A stretch of DNA of 64,000 nucleotides. Source: an uncultured delta proteobacterium (lineage in GTDB: Bacteria > Desulfobacterota > Binatia > UBA9968). The first letter of the stretch is position 1. Every line of letters starts with the position of its first letter. The position numbers and the translations under genes were made by a program. Under the pieces are notes generated by a model. That model was given only the letters and a program-made list of their open reading frames with translations. It was not told where the DNA came from and made no database searches. Shown here in pieces: positions 1-9,283 of this stretch. The stretch covers positions 256,001 to 320,000 of the forward strand of contig CAWFJP010000029.1 of assembly GCA_963816145.1 (NCBI GenBank), written 5' to 3'.

Positions 1-2
1 AT

Positions 3-185
3 CTGCGCATGGGCGAAGATCTTTATGAGAGTTTCATCCGCTATCAGAAATGGCTGCTGGCCGAGTTCGACAAGATGGTCGAGCCCTATGGCTTCGAAAT
101 TATCGACACCTCGAGCTCGATAGAAGAAGTGTTCACAGATTTGCGCTGGCGGGTGGACAGCGTCGTCGAAAGTAATGGCGGCTAG
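3..185 (+). CDS. 3' end of a thymidylate-kinase-like (P-loop NMP kinase) protein of the kind seen in polyphosphate gene clusters (partial)
   Basis: Frame from nt 3 reads LRMGEDLYESFIRYQKWLLAEFDKMVEPYGFEIIDTSSSIEEVFTDLRWRV...GG then TAG at 183-185. It resembles the C-terminus of Tmk-like proteins found beside CHAD/sixA/ppx. Confidence 0.55.
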   Translation: MRMGEDLYESFIRYQKWLLAEFDKMVEPYGFEIIDTSSSIEEVFTDLRWRVDSVVESNGG

Positions 186-200
186 AGACCTGCCGAAGGT

Positions 201-1103
201 TTATTGCGCCGCCGCGCCGGCGCGCCAAGTTGCCCAGGCTTGCTGCACTTTGCTGCCGTGTTGTAGAGCGGTTGCCACGTCGCTGTCATAGCGCAAGCGT
301 TCCTTTTCCATCTCTGCCAGCAAGATTCGGCCGATGTCGGGATGGTCAGCCAGAAAGCCCGGCCGCCCGATGAACTCGGCGACATGATGGAGCAGCACCG
401 AGCGGTCATGCCAGTCACCAAGGGTGGTCTGAATTTCTCTGAGTGATGTGACCAACGGTTTCACTTTTGATGGGTCAAGCTCGGATAATAGCTCGGCACG
501 GTAACGCAGCTTTTTGCCGGCGATGCGCAGGGCATGCAATCCCGCGGCATCCGGCTGTTCCCGCGTCGCGGCGAACGACTCCTGCCACCGGTTCATGGAC
601 TTTGCCATGGCGCCGATAGCTTCCGCGACAGGATCGAAATCGCGCTCAGCCGTGTCAATCAAACGCTGCACCCTGATTGCGAACTTGAACAGATCTTGAC
701 TCGCGATGTCGCGGCGCACTCGTTCAATCAACGGTTGGCGTTGCGACTCTAATGCGCTTTGCATCGATCCCCAGGCGTTCTCAACGCTGGCGTTGCCGCA
801 ACGCTCGCCCTTGGATTTGACTAGAGCGATGTTGACATCGAGGTCGCGGCAGGGCCCCAAAACTTGTCGCACATAGCGAAGATCGGCAAAGATTTTGTTG
901 ATCTTTTTTGACTGGGTTGGCGACGCGACGACACGTAAAGCCTGCTGTAGTCGCCGGCTCCAGACGCGCAGATCATGGATCGCTTCAGGATCGTCGGTGA
1001 TGAGCATCTTGGGCAGAAGCGTCGAATACTTTTCCAAGCGCCTTCGTGTCAGCTTGAGCAGTTTGGTTTGCGCTGAAGCTGCTTCTGTTGCCGCTGCGCT
1101 CAT
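201..1103 (-). CDS. CHAD domain polyphosphate-binding protein
   Basis: Two CHAD half-motifs: 'IHDLRVWSRRL...LGPCRDLDV' and 'LHALRIAGKKLRY...QTTLGDWHD'. Confidence 0.9.
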   Translation of the reverse strand: MSAAATEAASAQTKLLKLTRRRLEKYSTLLPKMLITDDPEAIHDLRVWSRRLQQALRVVASPTQSKKINKIFADLRYVRQVLGPCRDLDVNIALVKSKGERCGNASVENAWGSMQSALESQRQPLIERVRRDIASQDLFKFAIRVQRLIDTAERDFDPVAEAIGAMAKSMNRWQESFAATREQPDAAGLHALRIAGKKLRYRAELLSELDPSKVKPLVTSLREIQTTLGDWHDRSVLLHHVAEFIGRPGFLADHPDIGRILLAEMEKERLRYDSDVATALQHGSKVQQAWATWRAGAAAQ

Positions 1104-1109
1104 GATCGC

Positions 1110-1634
1110 TCAGTCTTTGTCTGAACGTTGCGCCATCAGCCTTAACTGTTTGGCGGTCAGTAGCCAATGCAGTGCGCCAGACTTTTTCGCCGTCAGAGCG
1201 TCAATTTCGACCCGGCACAGGGACCCTTTGCGAAGGTTGAATTCGCATGTGGCTTCCCGGTTTGCGTCGATTAAGCTCGCTAGCATTTGTCCCAGAAGAG
1301 GTTGGTGACCGACTAGCAGCAGATGTTCGCGGTCCTGGTAACGGGTCAAGCCAAACAACAGGTGCTCGACCGAACTCTCGGGCGCGAGCCCGGAGATTTC
1401 TTCCAGGCGCGACTCCATACCCAATGTCGCGGCGACGATTTCTGCAGTTTGGCGCGCCCGCAGGACCGGACTGGTCAAAATGCCATCGAATTTGATGCCC
1501 AACCGGCGCAATCCGCGCGCGGCGAGCCGCATACGTTTGGCGCCCTTGTTGGTTAACGGCCGTTGGTTATCATGAACGATACTGGGATCGCCGGCGTCGA
1601 CCGCGATGCCATGGCGCATCAGATAGAGATTCAT
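1110..1634 (-). CDS. sixA: Phosphohistidine phosphatase SixA
   Basis: 'LYLMRHGIA', 'RPLT..G', 'TSPVLRARQTA', 'LLVGHQP' motifs. Confidence 0.9.
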   Translation of the reverse strand: MNLYLMRHGIAVDAGDPSIVHDNQRPLTNKGAKRMRLAARGLRRLGIKFDGILTSPVLRARQTAEIVAATLGMESRLEEISGLAPESSVEHLLFGLTRYQDREHLLLVGHQPLLGQMLASLIDANREATCEFNLRKGSLCRVEIDALTAKKSGALHWLLTAKQLRLMAQRSDKD

Positions 1635-1655
1635 CGCTCAGTCGGCGTGGAATGT

Positions 1656-2096
1656 TTAAGCGACGTTACGCCAATAGTCCATGAATAGGGCGAAAACCCG
1701 CTTTTCAATCTTGTCGCGCTCTTGACGCAGAGCGTCCAGGTCTTCACCTTCGGACGGCTTGCTCTTAAATTCGTCAGCAACCGGCCAATTTTCGATCTTG
1801 GCGCGTCCGGGCAAGTTGGCGCATTGTTTGTGGGCATCGCCGAAACTGACGACCAAATCGATTTCGTCGACCGGCACGTCGGCTAGCCCTTTGCTTTTCT
1901 GCTCAGCCATGGCGACGCCGATCTCGTTCATCGCCTTGATGACCGCGGCCGGAATCCGTCCGGGCTTGATGCCGGCGCTAAAAATACGCGTTTTCGGAGG
2001 CGACAAATGCTTGGCTGCAGCCTCCGCCATCTGGCTCAGCTGGGCGTTGTCTTCGCAAAGAAAAAGGATGTTTCTATCATGAATCTCTCGACGCAT
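1656..2096 (-). CDS. LMW-PTP/ArsC-fold protein with a degenerate active site
   Basis: 'ILFLCEDNAQLSQMAEA...IFSAG' is the LMW-PTP fold, but the CX5R arginine is replaced by Leu and the downstream Cys and DP motifs are altered. Confidence 0.75.
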   Translation of the reverse strand: MRREIHDRNILFLCEDNAQLSQMAEAAAKHLSPPKTRIFSAGIKPGRIPAAVIKAMNEIGVAMAEQKSKGLADVPVDEIDLVVSFGDAHKQCANLPGRAKIENWPVADEFKSKPSEGEDLDALRQERDKIEKRVFALFMDYWRNVA

Positions 2097-2117
2097 TCTC
2101 TCCTCCTCAGAATCACG

Positions 2118-3668
2118 CTACCGCGGACGGGTTGGCCTACTCTTTTCAATGATTAGATCGACATTAAAAACCTCTTGAATAAGTTTACCTTTTTGTCCGG
2201 CCCAGCGAATTTCTTGTTTGAGATCGGCGGCTGAAGCTGCCGATAGGGTCAAGGTACGGGCTTTCTTGAACGTGCAGCTTAGGTTGTCTACCTGTTGGGC
2301 ATGCCTAAAGTCAAACGCATCGGCGACCCGCACCAAGGCGCTGAGCTTGCGGACGATTTCCTGATTTGGCGGTGACAGTTGGCTGAACCCGAGATGCTTT
2401 GGACTGGGGTGTGCTTTACGGTGATAGCGCGCGACATTGGCGACCAGATCGAGATCGAGCCGATTGAAAGAGTTCATACCCGAACTTTTGATTAGATAGT
2501 AAGAATGTTTATGGTGCTTCGGACCAGCGAGGAAAAGGCCTATGTCATGTAGCATCGCCGCGGCATGAAGAATGCTCGCGTACTTCTCGGGCAGTTGGTG
2601 CAGCTCATGCAGTTGGTAAAACAGATTGACCGCCAATTGACTGACATGGTGCGCGTGCGCGGCGTCGTAGAGATATTTTTGGCAAACCTGATCGAGGGAT
2701 TCGGTGCGGTCCGCGTCCGGGTGCCATGGGCCGCTTTCCGAGTAGCGCCGTTGCAGGAGATCGACCATCAAGCCGTCGCGCAGACCTCTGCGGGAGACGA
2801 AAATATACTCCAGGCCGATCTCCGACATGATCTCGTAAAGGACGAATCCGCCGGCGATGATGATATCCGCTCGTTTGGGGTCGCCGCTGATCATGGCGGC
2901 GCGCTCGGCGGCGGGCTCGTTCAGCAAAAGTTCCAACAGGGTTTTTAGTCGTTGGCGCCGCAGCACGATCAACGATCCGGCGCGATTCGGATCGCCGGTA
3001 ATACGGGTGTCGGTCTCCGCCAGGGCCGTGATCGTGCCGCCGCTGCCGAAGGCCATGGTGAACTTTTCTTGCTGGATCCGCCGCACCACGCGCTTGAGCT
3101 GCGGCTGAATATAGTCGCGAAGTTCTCTGATCTCTCTGTGACGGGGCGGGTCATGGGCGATGAGCTTTTCGGTCAAACGAACCGCGCCCAAGGGCAGACT
3201 GAACAGGCAATAGGTGTTGGTGGTGTTGGCGACCGCAAGTTCGACGCTGCCGCCGCCGATGTCGAGGAATAGACCGAGCGGGAGATGAAAGCGCAAGCCG
3301 CTCATGATGCCCAGACTGATGAGCCGAGCTTCATGTTCTTCAGATAACACTTCGAGGGGAATACCCAGCTTGGCGGCACGATTGATAAATCCCCGGCTGT
3401 CCGATGCTTCGCGCAGCGCGCTGGTGCCGACGGCGCGAATCGCTTTGACGTGAAATCGGTCGGTGAGTTTTTTGAAATCGCCAAGGACTTTGATCGCCGC
3501 CTCGACCGTCTCCGGGTTTAGCTTGCCGGTCCTGAAGACATCATGTCCCAAGCGCACCGGCTGGCGGTCTTGTTCGATAACCCGATAATGTTTGGGCTTG
3601 TCGACGACCGCCACCTGGCAACGCATGGCGTTGCTGCCGACGTCGACGACCGCGAAATGTTGTGCCAT
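2118..3668 (-). CDS. ppx: Exopolyphosphatase Ppx/GppA with C-terminal HD domain
   Basis: 'DVGSNAMR', 'GTSALREA', 'EHEARL', 'DIGGGSVE', 'GLRDG', 'AAMLHDIG', 'ARYHRK'. Confidence 0.93.
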   Translation of the reverse strand: MAQHFAVVDVGSNAMRCQVAVVDKPKHYRVIEQDRQPVRLGHDVFRTGKLNPETVEAAIKVLGDFKKLTDRFHVKAIRAVGTSALREASDSRGFINRAAKLGIPLEVLSEEHEARLISLGIMSGLRFHLPLGLFLDIGGGSVELAVANTTNTYCLFSLPLGAVRLTEKLIAHDPPRHREIRELRDYIQPQLKRVVRRIQQEKFTMAFGSGGTITALAETDTRITGDPNRAGSLIVLRRQRLKTLLELLLNEPAAERAAMISGDPKRADIIIAGGFVLYEIMSEIGLEYIFVSRRGLRDGLMVDLLQRRYSESGPWHPDADRTESLDQVCQKYLYDAAHAHHVSQLAVNLFYQLHELHQLPEKYASILHAAAMLHDIGLFLAGPKHHKHSYYLIKSSGMNSFNRLDLDLVANVARYHRKAHPSPKHLGFSQLSPPNQEIVRKLSALVRVADAFDFRHAQQVDNLSCTFKKARTLTLSAASAADLKQEIRWAGQKGKLIQEVFNVDLIIEKSRPTRPR

Positions 3669-3712
3669 GGAGTGGCTTCATATCACAAACAACTGCCGGT
3701 CGAAATTGTTCA

Positions 3713-3740
3713 GGTTAAAATTTGGTTAAATCTGAGTTAC
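3713..3740 (-). promoter_or_regulatory. Three 11-bp-periodic direct repeats (Pho-box-like) upstream of the ppx operon
   Basis: On +: GGTTAA at 3713, GGTTAA at 3724, AGTTAC at 3735 (TTAACC/GTAACT on the coding strand). Confidence 0.65.
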
Positions 3741-3771
3741 GCGCGGCTGTGATGGCAGTGCAGCTCCAATT

Positions 3772-4140
3772 CTAAAGTTTGTTATCGCTAACTTTGCGCA
3801 AAAATCGAACGATCTGGCCCTCGGCGGGTCTCGCCCGATGGGCTTTACGATGCGCGAGCTCCTCCTGACTAACCAGGTGATCGGCAAGCTGCTGGACGAG
3901 TAAGGTGGCCTCTTGAATGGAGCGTGCGAACATCTCGGCTTCACGATCCAGTTCACAATCGGAATGCGCACGGAAGCGAGATAGTATTTGAGCGCCGACG
4001 AGGTTGAGCACCGTTAACTGATTGATTAGTTCGTGGGCGAGATGGCTCAGGGGCGGCCGTTGGCACCGCGAAGCTATCTCGGTTTGCATATGCATATTGG
4101 GATGGTGCCGCTTTGGAATCGCCGTGTGTTTGATAATCAT
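3772..4140 (-). CDS. Small stand-alone HisKA/DHp-like helical protein
   Basis: ATG at 4140 is preceded by AAAGGA. 'LSHLAHELINQLTVLNL' resembles a histidine-kinase H-box and is followed by a second amphipathic helix; no ATPase domain. Confidence 0.5.
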   Translation of the reverse strand: MIIKHTAIPKRHHPNMHMQTEIASRCQRPPLSHLAHELINQLTVLNLVGAQILSRFRAHSDCELDREAEMFARSIQEATLLVQQLADHLVSQEELAHRKAHRARPAEGQIVRFLRKVSDNKL

Positions 4141-4156
4141 AATGAGATCCTTTGTT

Positions 4157-4714
4157 TTATTGAATGGGCAGTGCGGCGGTACGATCGGGCAATGCCCCCG
4201 GCTCGCTGTTGGCCGCACGCGGGGTTGAATGGCTCTGTTGCAGCTTCTCGACCAGATTGCGTTCCATCGGTGAGTAGACGATTGCCAGCGTCCGCACGGC
4301 CCCCAGCACCAAAGCCATCAGCGCCAGGGCGGCGAGCTGTGTCGGCGAGCTTTGATGCTGGTACAGGCCGATCATGACCTCGCGCAGGATGAAAACCAAT
4401 GTTGCATCGATGATGAAGGTGAGCTTGAGCCGGTGCTCGCGGAAGTACTCGACAAGGCTTTTGAACAGCTCCAGGATAATGAAAAAGGTAAGCAAGTTGG
4501 TCACAGTGTGACCGAAGGCTTCTTTCAGCTCTTGCCCCGCCATGACCTTCCAAACATCCCAGAACAGTCGCACCAGGCCAATGGTCAATACCAGGACAAC
4601 GAAGAAAATCAGCAGCTTGAAAAAACCGTCGATGACCTGGTTAAAAAATCTCACGGCTTCAAAACGTCGCCAGAACTCCAGTAGTTTTCGTTTCGCCTGG
4701 GAGTACGTGTTCAT
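4157..4714 (-). CDS. psiE: Phosphate-starvation-inducible PsiE family membrane protein
   Basis: Four TM segments with 'LTFFIILELFKSLVEYF...FIIDATLVFILREVMI'. Start placed at MNTYSQ. Confidence 0.8.
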   Translation of the reverse strand: MNTYSQAKRKLLEFWRRFEAVRFFNQVIDGFFKLLIFFVVLVLTIGLVRLFWDVWKVMAGQELKEAFGHTVTNLLTFFIILELFKSLVEYFREHRLKLTFIIDATLVFILREVMIGLYQHQSSPTQLAALALMALVLGAVRTLAIVYSPMERNLVEKLQQSHSTPRAANSEPGALPDRTAALPIQ

Positions 4715-4783
4715 CCCTGATTCAACCTCTGCGGGTCGATTTCTCGCAGCTTGCTGCATCGCACTAATTGGCATTCCCAAGTC

Positions 4784-4926
4784 CGTCATTCCCGCATGTC
4801 TTTGGCGGGAATCCAGACGAGTCCGGAACTGGCCCCCGGATAAAAACATTCAGGGGTGACCAGATTCGGAATCGTTCGCTGGCTGGGCCTTCGATACCCC
4901 GCAGTTTGCTCCGCGGTAGTTCAGTT
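4784..4926. repeat. Palindromic REP/MITE-like intergenic element
   Basis: cgtcattcccgc..gcgggaatccag hairpin, a second arm ending ggggtgac, then cgataccccgcag..gcggtagttcagtt. Confidence 0.7.
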
Positions 4927-4941
4927 TGATTCCTCACAAAG

Positions 4942-5484
4942 TTAAATCTCCACGCTGCGCTGCTTCGGCCAGCCGAAAAACAGCGGCGCCAGCTTGCCGC
5001 GCCAGGGATGCGACGGCAGCGGCTGGGTGATCGACAACACCGGGCAAGGGCTTAACCGGGTGACCCGGTCGGTGATGCCGCCGCCGAACCAATGGCGTAG
5101 GCCACGGCTGCGCCGCGGCGACATTATGATCAAATCGGCTTTTTCCTCGTCAGCCATCGACGTGATACGTTCTGGAACGTTGCCGAGAATAACTCGCTTG
5201 GTTACGCTTGGCAGCTGTTTAAGATTGGCGAGATGAGGCTCCAGGAAGTGGTTCAGGTCGAGCGCCGCCTCGCTGACAATGCGATCGAGCGGCCATACTT
5301 GGCCGTGATTGCCGGTGTAGATCTCAAACTCGGTCGATAATTCCCAGGCGTTGAGTTCGTTGGCGACATGCAGCACGACAAGCGCCGCTTTATCCTCCGC
5401 CGCCAGTCGGCAACCATAGGCGATGGCGCGCCGGGAATGTTCCGACAGGTCGGTGGGCACCAAAATTTTGTTTAAGCTTTTCAT
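4942..5484 (-). CDS. Universal stress protein
   Basis: 'KILVPTDLSEHS', 'LHV', 'ADLIIM', 'GITDRVTRLSPCPVL'. Confidence 0.9.
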   Translation of the reverse strand: MKSLNKILVPTDLSEHSRRAIAYGCRLAAEDKAALVVLHVANELNAWELSTEFEIYTGNHGQVWPLDRIVSEAALDLNHFLEPHLANLKQLPSVTKRVILGNVPERITSMADEEKADLIIMSPRRSRGLRHWFGGGITDRVTRLSPCPVLSITQPLPSHPWRGKLAPLFFGWPKQRSVEI

Positions 5485-5563
5485 AAGTTCTCCTTTTTAA
5501 TTTTGATGGAGATAGCTTAAGGTTCGCGTATTAGCGGGTGATGACAAGGTCAAGAACAAAAGG

Positions 5564-6121
5564 TTAAACCTGGACCGAAGCGCTTGCCCGCTCATGCGAA
5601 AGCGTATTTGCAGCGGGAGTTTCATCGTTGATCGGCAGCAAGAGATCGCATTTCAGTTTGTGGCGCACCCACTCCAGACAGAAAACCATCGTCAGTTTGG
5701 GCGCGTCGATGGTCGCGAAGATTCCCAGCCGGGTCTCCGATCCGTCGACGCCGACCCATTCTTCGACGCGAAAACCGAGTTCGCCGAAGAGGTCGTCGAT
5801 CAATTTTTCTCCGACGCGAATGCCGCGGCCGGCGACGCGGAGTTGAATCCAATAGCTCGGTTTGATGCCGATGAAGGCGTTGAGATCGTTGAGGCAGCTT
5901 CTGCGCCTGAGCGAAACTTCAATCGGCGCATCGGGATCGCTGGTGAGCAGAGTCTCATAGATAAACCGGCGGATGAATCCTTCCGCAGTCTGATTTTTCC
6001 AGGGCACTTGAGTCATGGCGGGAGCGAGGCTTACGAAAACCGGCGGCTTGTCGCCGCTCCGATTTTGGCTAAATCGGGAAATCGCATCCTGAATGACCGT
6101 GCCGATGTCTAATTTCTTCAT
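5564..6121 (-). CDS. Hypothetical protein, possibly a degenerate HATPase_c (GHKL) fold
   Basis: AAGGAG RBS before ATG 6121. The layout 'LDIGTVIQDA..VSLAPAMTQV..FIYETL..IEVSLRR..IQLRVAGRG..IDDLF..DLLLP' parallels histidine-kinase ATPase domains but lacks the N and G boxes. Confidence 0.5.
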   Translation of the reverse strand: MKKLDIGTVIQDAISRFSQNRSGDKPPVFVSLAPAMTQVPWKNQTAEGFIRRFIYETLLTSDPDAPIEVSLRRRSCLNDLNAFIGIKPSYWIQLRVAGRGIRVGEKLIDDLFGELGFRVEEWVGVDGSETRLGIFATIDAPKLTMVFCLEWVRHKLKCDLLLPINDETPAANTLSHERASASVQV

Positions 6122-6165
6122 GGGTTTCTCCTTTGTCATATTTGACGGCGAGCTTGGCGAGCTTG

Positions 6166-6193
6166 GGTTAAGCACCGGTTACGGCCGGATTAA
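6166..6193 (-). promoter_or_regulatory. Three 11-bp-periodic direct repeats (Pho-box-like)
   Basis: On +: GGTTAA 6166, GGTTAC 6177, GATTAA 6188. Confidence 0.65.
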
Positions 6194-6379
6194 GATTCAA
6201 TTCCTTCCGTCGAGCCGGAATTGAGAGAATAGGGTTCACGATTGGTTTCGGGAATCGCGATCGCCATCTACCCGGCGGGCGCGACTCCCTTTGGGCCCGG
6301 CCAGGAATCGCCGAGTTTCATTGGTGCGATTGCGCTGCCGTCGGATTTAGCCTTCCTTGGCACTTGTCGAGAGCCGCGC

Positions 6380-6414
6380 TTGACATGCTAGTTATTTCGA
6401 TGATACTAGAAATA
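6380..6414 (+). promoter_or_regulatory. ars operon sigma70 promoter with overlapping ArsR-type inverted repeat; probably leaderless
   Basis: TTGACA at 6380, GATACT at about 6402, inverted repeat TATTTC-N10-GAAATA (6393-6414) abutting the ATG, no SD sequence. Confidence 0.6.
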
Positions 6415-6800
6415 TGGAAATAAAGACGGCTGTAGCAGCTCTTGGCGCGCTGGCTCAGGAAACGCGCCTCGGCATTTTTCGGTTGTTGGTGGAGACGGGA
6501 CCGGACGGGGTGGCGGCCGGCAGCATCGGCGAGACCCTGAAGGTGCCGGGAGCAACGTTATCGTTCCACTTGAAGGAACTTGCTCGCGCCGGTTTGGTGT
6601 CATCGAGACAGGAGAAACAGTTTATCTATTACGCGGTGGATTTCGATCGCATGGCGGAACTCATGACCTATCTCACGCAGAATTGCTGTCAGGGTATGCC
6701 GAAGGAATGCCTCACGGTCGTCGAAACAGCGTTGGGACGCTGTTGTCCACCGGCTAAATCAAATCCCAGGAAAGACAATCTAAAAAGGAGTCGATCATGA
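6414..6800 (+). CDS. arsR: ArsR/SmtB family As(III)-responsive repressor
   Basis: 'ALAQETRLGIFRLLV', 'ATLSFHLKEL', C-terminal 'NCCQG' metal site. Confidence 0.92.
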   Translation: MEIKTAVAALGALAQETRLGIFRLLVETGPDGVAAGSIGETLKVPGATLSFHLKELARAGLVSSRQEKQFIYYAVDFDRMAELMTYLTQNCCQGMPKECLTVVETALGRCCPPAKSNPRKDNLKRSRS

Positions 6801-7258
6801 AACGATTTCACGTGCACGTCTCGGTGGATGATGTCGATGCCAATGTACGGTTTTACTCGACGGTGTTCGGAGCGTCGCCGACGGTGCTCAAACCGGATTA
6901 CGCGAAATGGATGTTGGATGACCCGCGGGTCAATTTCGCAATTTCACAACGCGGCAGCGCGGCAGGCATCGATCATCTCGGCATCCAGGTGGAGTCAGAC
7001 GAGGAGCTTATTGCGTTGCGAGAGCAAGTGGCGTGCGCGCAAATCGCCGCGCAAGATCAGCTCGATGCCGACTGTTGCTACGCCCGCTCGGATAAATACT
7101 GGACGACCGATCCTCAGGGGGTCGCGTGGGAGACTTTCCACACTCTCGATGCCATTCCATTTTTCGGCGACACGAACCGCAATCAGACACGCGCCTGCTG
7201 CGATACCGCGCCCATCGGCGATACCGCAGCTAGCAAAACCAGCCGGTGCTGCTCGTAA
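6797..7258 (+). CDS. ArsI/CadI family VOC (glyoxalase-fold) metalloenzyme
   Basis: 'MKRFHVHVSV', 'KPDYAKW..DDPRVNFAIS', 'DHLGIQV', 'CCYA.SDKYW..DPQG..WETF'. Confidence 0.88.
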   Translation: MKRFHVHVSVDDVDANVRFYSTVFGASPTVLKPDYAKWMLDDPRVNFAISQRGSAAGIDHLGIQVESDEELIALREQVACAQIAAQDQLDADCCYARSDKYWTTDPQGVAWETFHTLDAIPFFGDTNRNQTRACCDTAPIGDTAASKTSRCCS

Positions 7259-7269
7259 AGGAGATCTCA

Positions 7270-7767
7270 ATGAAACAGGAAATTCTGAACGTTCTGTTTC
7301 TATGCACCGGCAACTCGGCGCGCAGCATCATGGCCGAGTCGATCCTGAATTCGATTGGGAGAAGCAAATTCAAAGCCTTTAGCGCCGGGAGCCGCCCGGC
7401 GGGCTGCGTCAATCCGCTGGCGCTGGAACTGCTGGAGAAGAATCGACTGCCGACCGACGGTCTGCGCAGCAAGGATTGGAACGAATTCTCCCAACCCGGC
7501 GCGCCGTTCATGCATTTTGTCTTCACGGTATGCGATCAGGCGGCTGCCGAAGCCTGCCCGGTCTGGCCGGGTCAACCGATGACCGCCCATTGGGGTGTCT
7601 CGGACCCGGCAGCGGTTCAAGGCAGCGATGAATATAAGCGGAAGGCATTTCTACGAGCTTATACGGAGCTTTACCGGCGCATTTCGTTGTTCATCAGTTT
7701 GCCGTTCGATTCGCTGAGTAATCTCGCTCTCAAAGAAAAAATTGTCGAGATCGGGCGTACGCAATGA
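7270..7767 (+). CDS. arsC: Arsenate reductase, LMW-PTP family
   Basis: '[15 protein letters not shown]', '[16 protein letters not shown]', 'HWG..DP'. Confidence 0.92.
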   Translation: MKQEILNVLFLCTGNSARSIMAESILNSIGRSKFKAFSAGSRPAGCVNPLALELLEKNRLPTDGLRSKDWNEFSQPGAPFMHFVFTVCDQAAAEACPVWPGQPMTAHWGVSDPAAVQGSDEYKRKAFLRAYTELYRRISLFISLPFDSLSNLALKEKIVEIGRTQ

Positions 7768-7841
7768 TTGTCTGCTCGGCGGCAACGCGGCCTGGTTATT
7801 GGCAGTTAGTGTCACCGCGCGTATCAACCAACGGAGCTAAC

Positions 7842-8915
7842 ATGACTCTCGCACGGAACTCTTTGGCGATGAGAGACAGCAACATTCAACGACTCTCATG
7901 TATCGACCGTTATCTGACCCTGTGGATTTTCCTGGCGATGGGCCTCGGCGTGGCTATTGGCTTTATGTTCCCCACCGGCGTTCAGGCGGTTAACTCGGCA
8001 GTGTCCGTCGGGACAACCAATGTGCCGATCGCCATTGGCTTGATCCTGATGATGTATCCGCCGCTGGCCAAGGTTCGCTATGAGGAACTCGGCGATGTTT
8101 TCCGCGATTGGCGCGTGCTCGGACTCTCGCTTGCACAGAATTGGCTGATCGGTCCGGTGCTGATGTTTTTCCTGGCGATCTTGTTTCTGGCCGACTATCC
8201 CGAGTACATGACGGGTTTGATTCTCATCGGCTTAGCACGCTGCATTGCTATGGTTATCGTCTGGAATGAACTCGCCAAAGGTGACAACGAGTACGCCGCC
8301 GGGCTAGTGGCGTTCAATAGTATTTTTCAGGTGCTATTTTACAGCGTCTATGCGTGGGTTTTTATCACGGTATTGCCGACCTGGTTTGGTTTGAGCGGGT
8401 CGATCGTGCAAATTACCATCGGTGAAATCGCTCGGAGTGTTTTTTTCTATCTAGGAATTCCATTCATCGCGGGATTTCTGACCCGCGTATTTCTGGTTCG
8501 CGCAAAAGGCAAGGATTGGTACCACTCGTATTTTGTGCCGATAGTCAGCCCGATCACGCTTTTTGCCTTGCTGTTTACGATCGTCGTTATGTTTAGCCTC
8601 AAGGGCGAGCTGATCGTGCAATTGCCTATGGATGTTCTACGAATCGCGATACCTCTCCTGATCTACTTCGTCGTGATGTTTCTACTCTCGTTTTTCATGG
8701 GACGCGGCATCGGCGCGGATTACCCGAAAACCGCCACCCTTGCGTTCACCGCCGCGAGCAACAACTTCGAACTCGCGATCGCCGTGGCCGTGGCGGTATT
8801 TGGCATCAACAGCGGCGCCGCCTTTGCCGCCGTTATCGGACCGCTTATCGAGGTCCCGGTGATGATCGGTTTGGTGCATGTGGCATTTTTCTTCCAGAGG
8901 CGACTTTTCATTTGA
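7842..8915 (+). CDS. acr3: ACR3 family arsenite efflux transporter
   Basis: '[12 protein letters not shown]', 'MMYPPLAKV', 'GLARCIAMV', '[11 protein letters not shown]', 'GPLIEVPV'. Confidence 0.95.
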   Translation: MTLARNSLAMRDSNIQRLSCIDRYLTLWIFLAMGLGVAIGFMFPTGVQAVNSAVSVGTTNVPIAIGLILMMYPPLAKVRYEELGDVFRDWRVLGLSLAQNWLIGPVLMFFLAILFLADYPEYMTGLILIGLARCIAMVIVWNELAKGDNEYAAGLVAFNSIFQVLFYSVYAWVFITVLPTWFGLSGSIVQITIGEIARSVFFYLGIPFIAGFLTRVFLVRAKGKDWYHSYFVPIVSPITLFALLFTIVVMFSLKGELIVQLPMDVLRIAIPLLIYFVVMFLLSFFMGRGIGADYPKTATLAFTAASNNFELAIAVAVAVFGINSGAAFAAVIGPLIEVPVMIGLVHVAFFFQRRLFI

Positions 8916-9283
8916 TCGATTCTTGTCGCTTTCGTTCAAAGCGTCCGGCGGCGATATTGATCTTTCCTGAACGCTGCCAGGGTTTCCCGCTTCGTTTTAA
9001 GTCAGTTTATCGATTCGCTGCTCGCTGTGAGTGCGTCTCGCTGATCGCGTCGAGATAGCACCGAGATAAACGCCGAGGGCGCTGGCAGGTCGCTAGTCTC
9101 TGATGAGCGGCCAATTAAGGGAAGGGCCGGAGGGAGGTTGACGATCCCTCCCTCCGGGCGCGGCGCGTTAGGGGGGTTGACGCCGCTGGGTGATTTTACG
9201 ACTTGTGTTTTTGGCCAGTCCGCAGTGTGAAGCGTCGAAATCCGACGCCCCACACTGCGCGTGGCTAGGCTAATCTTTATAAT

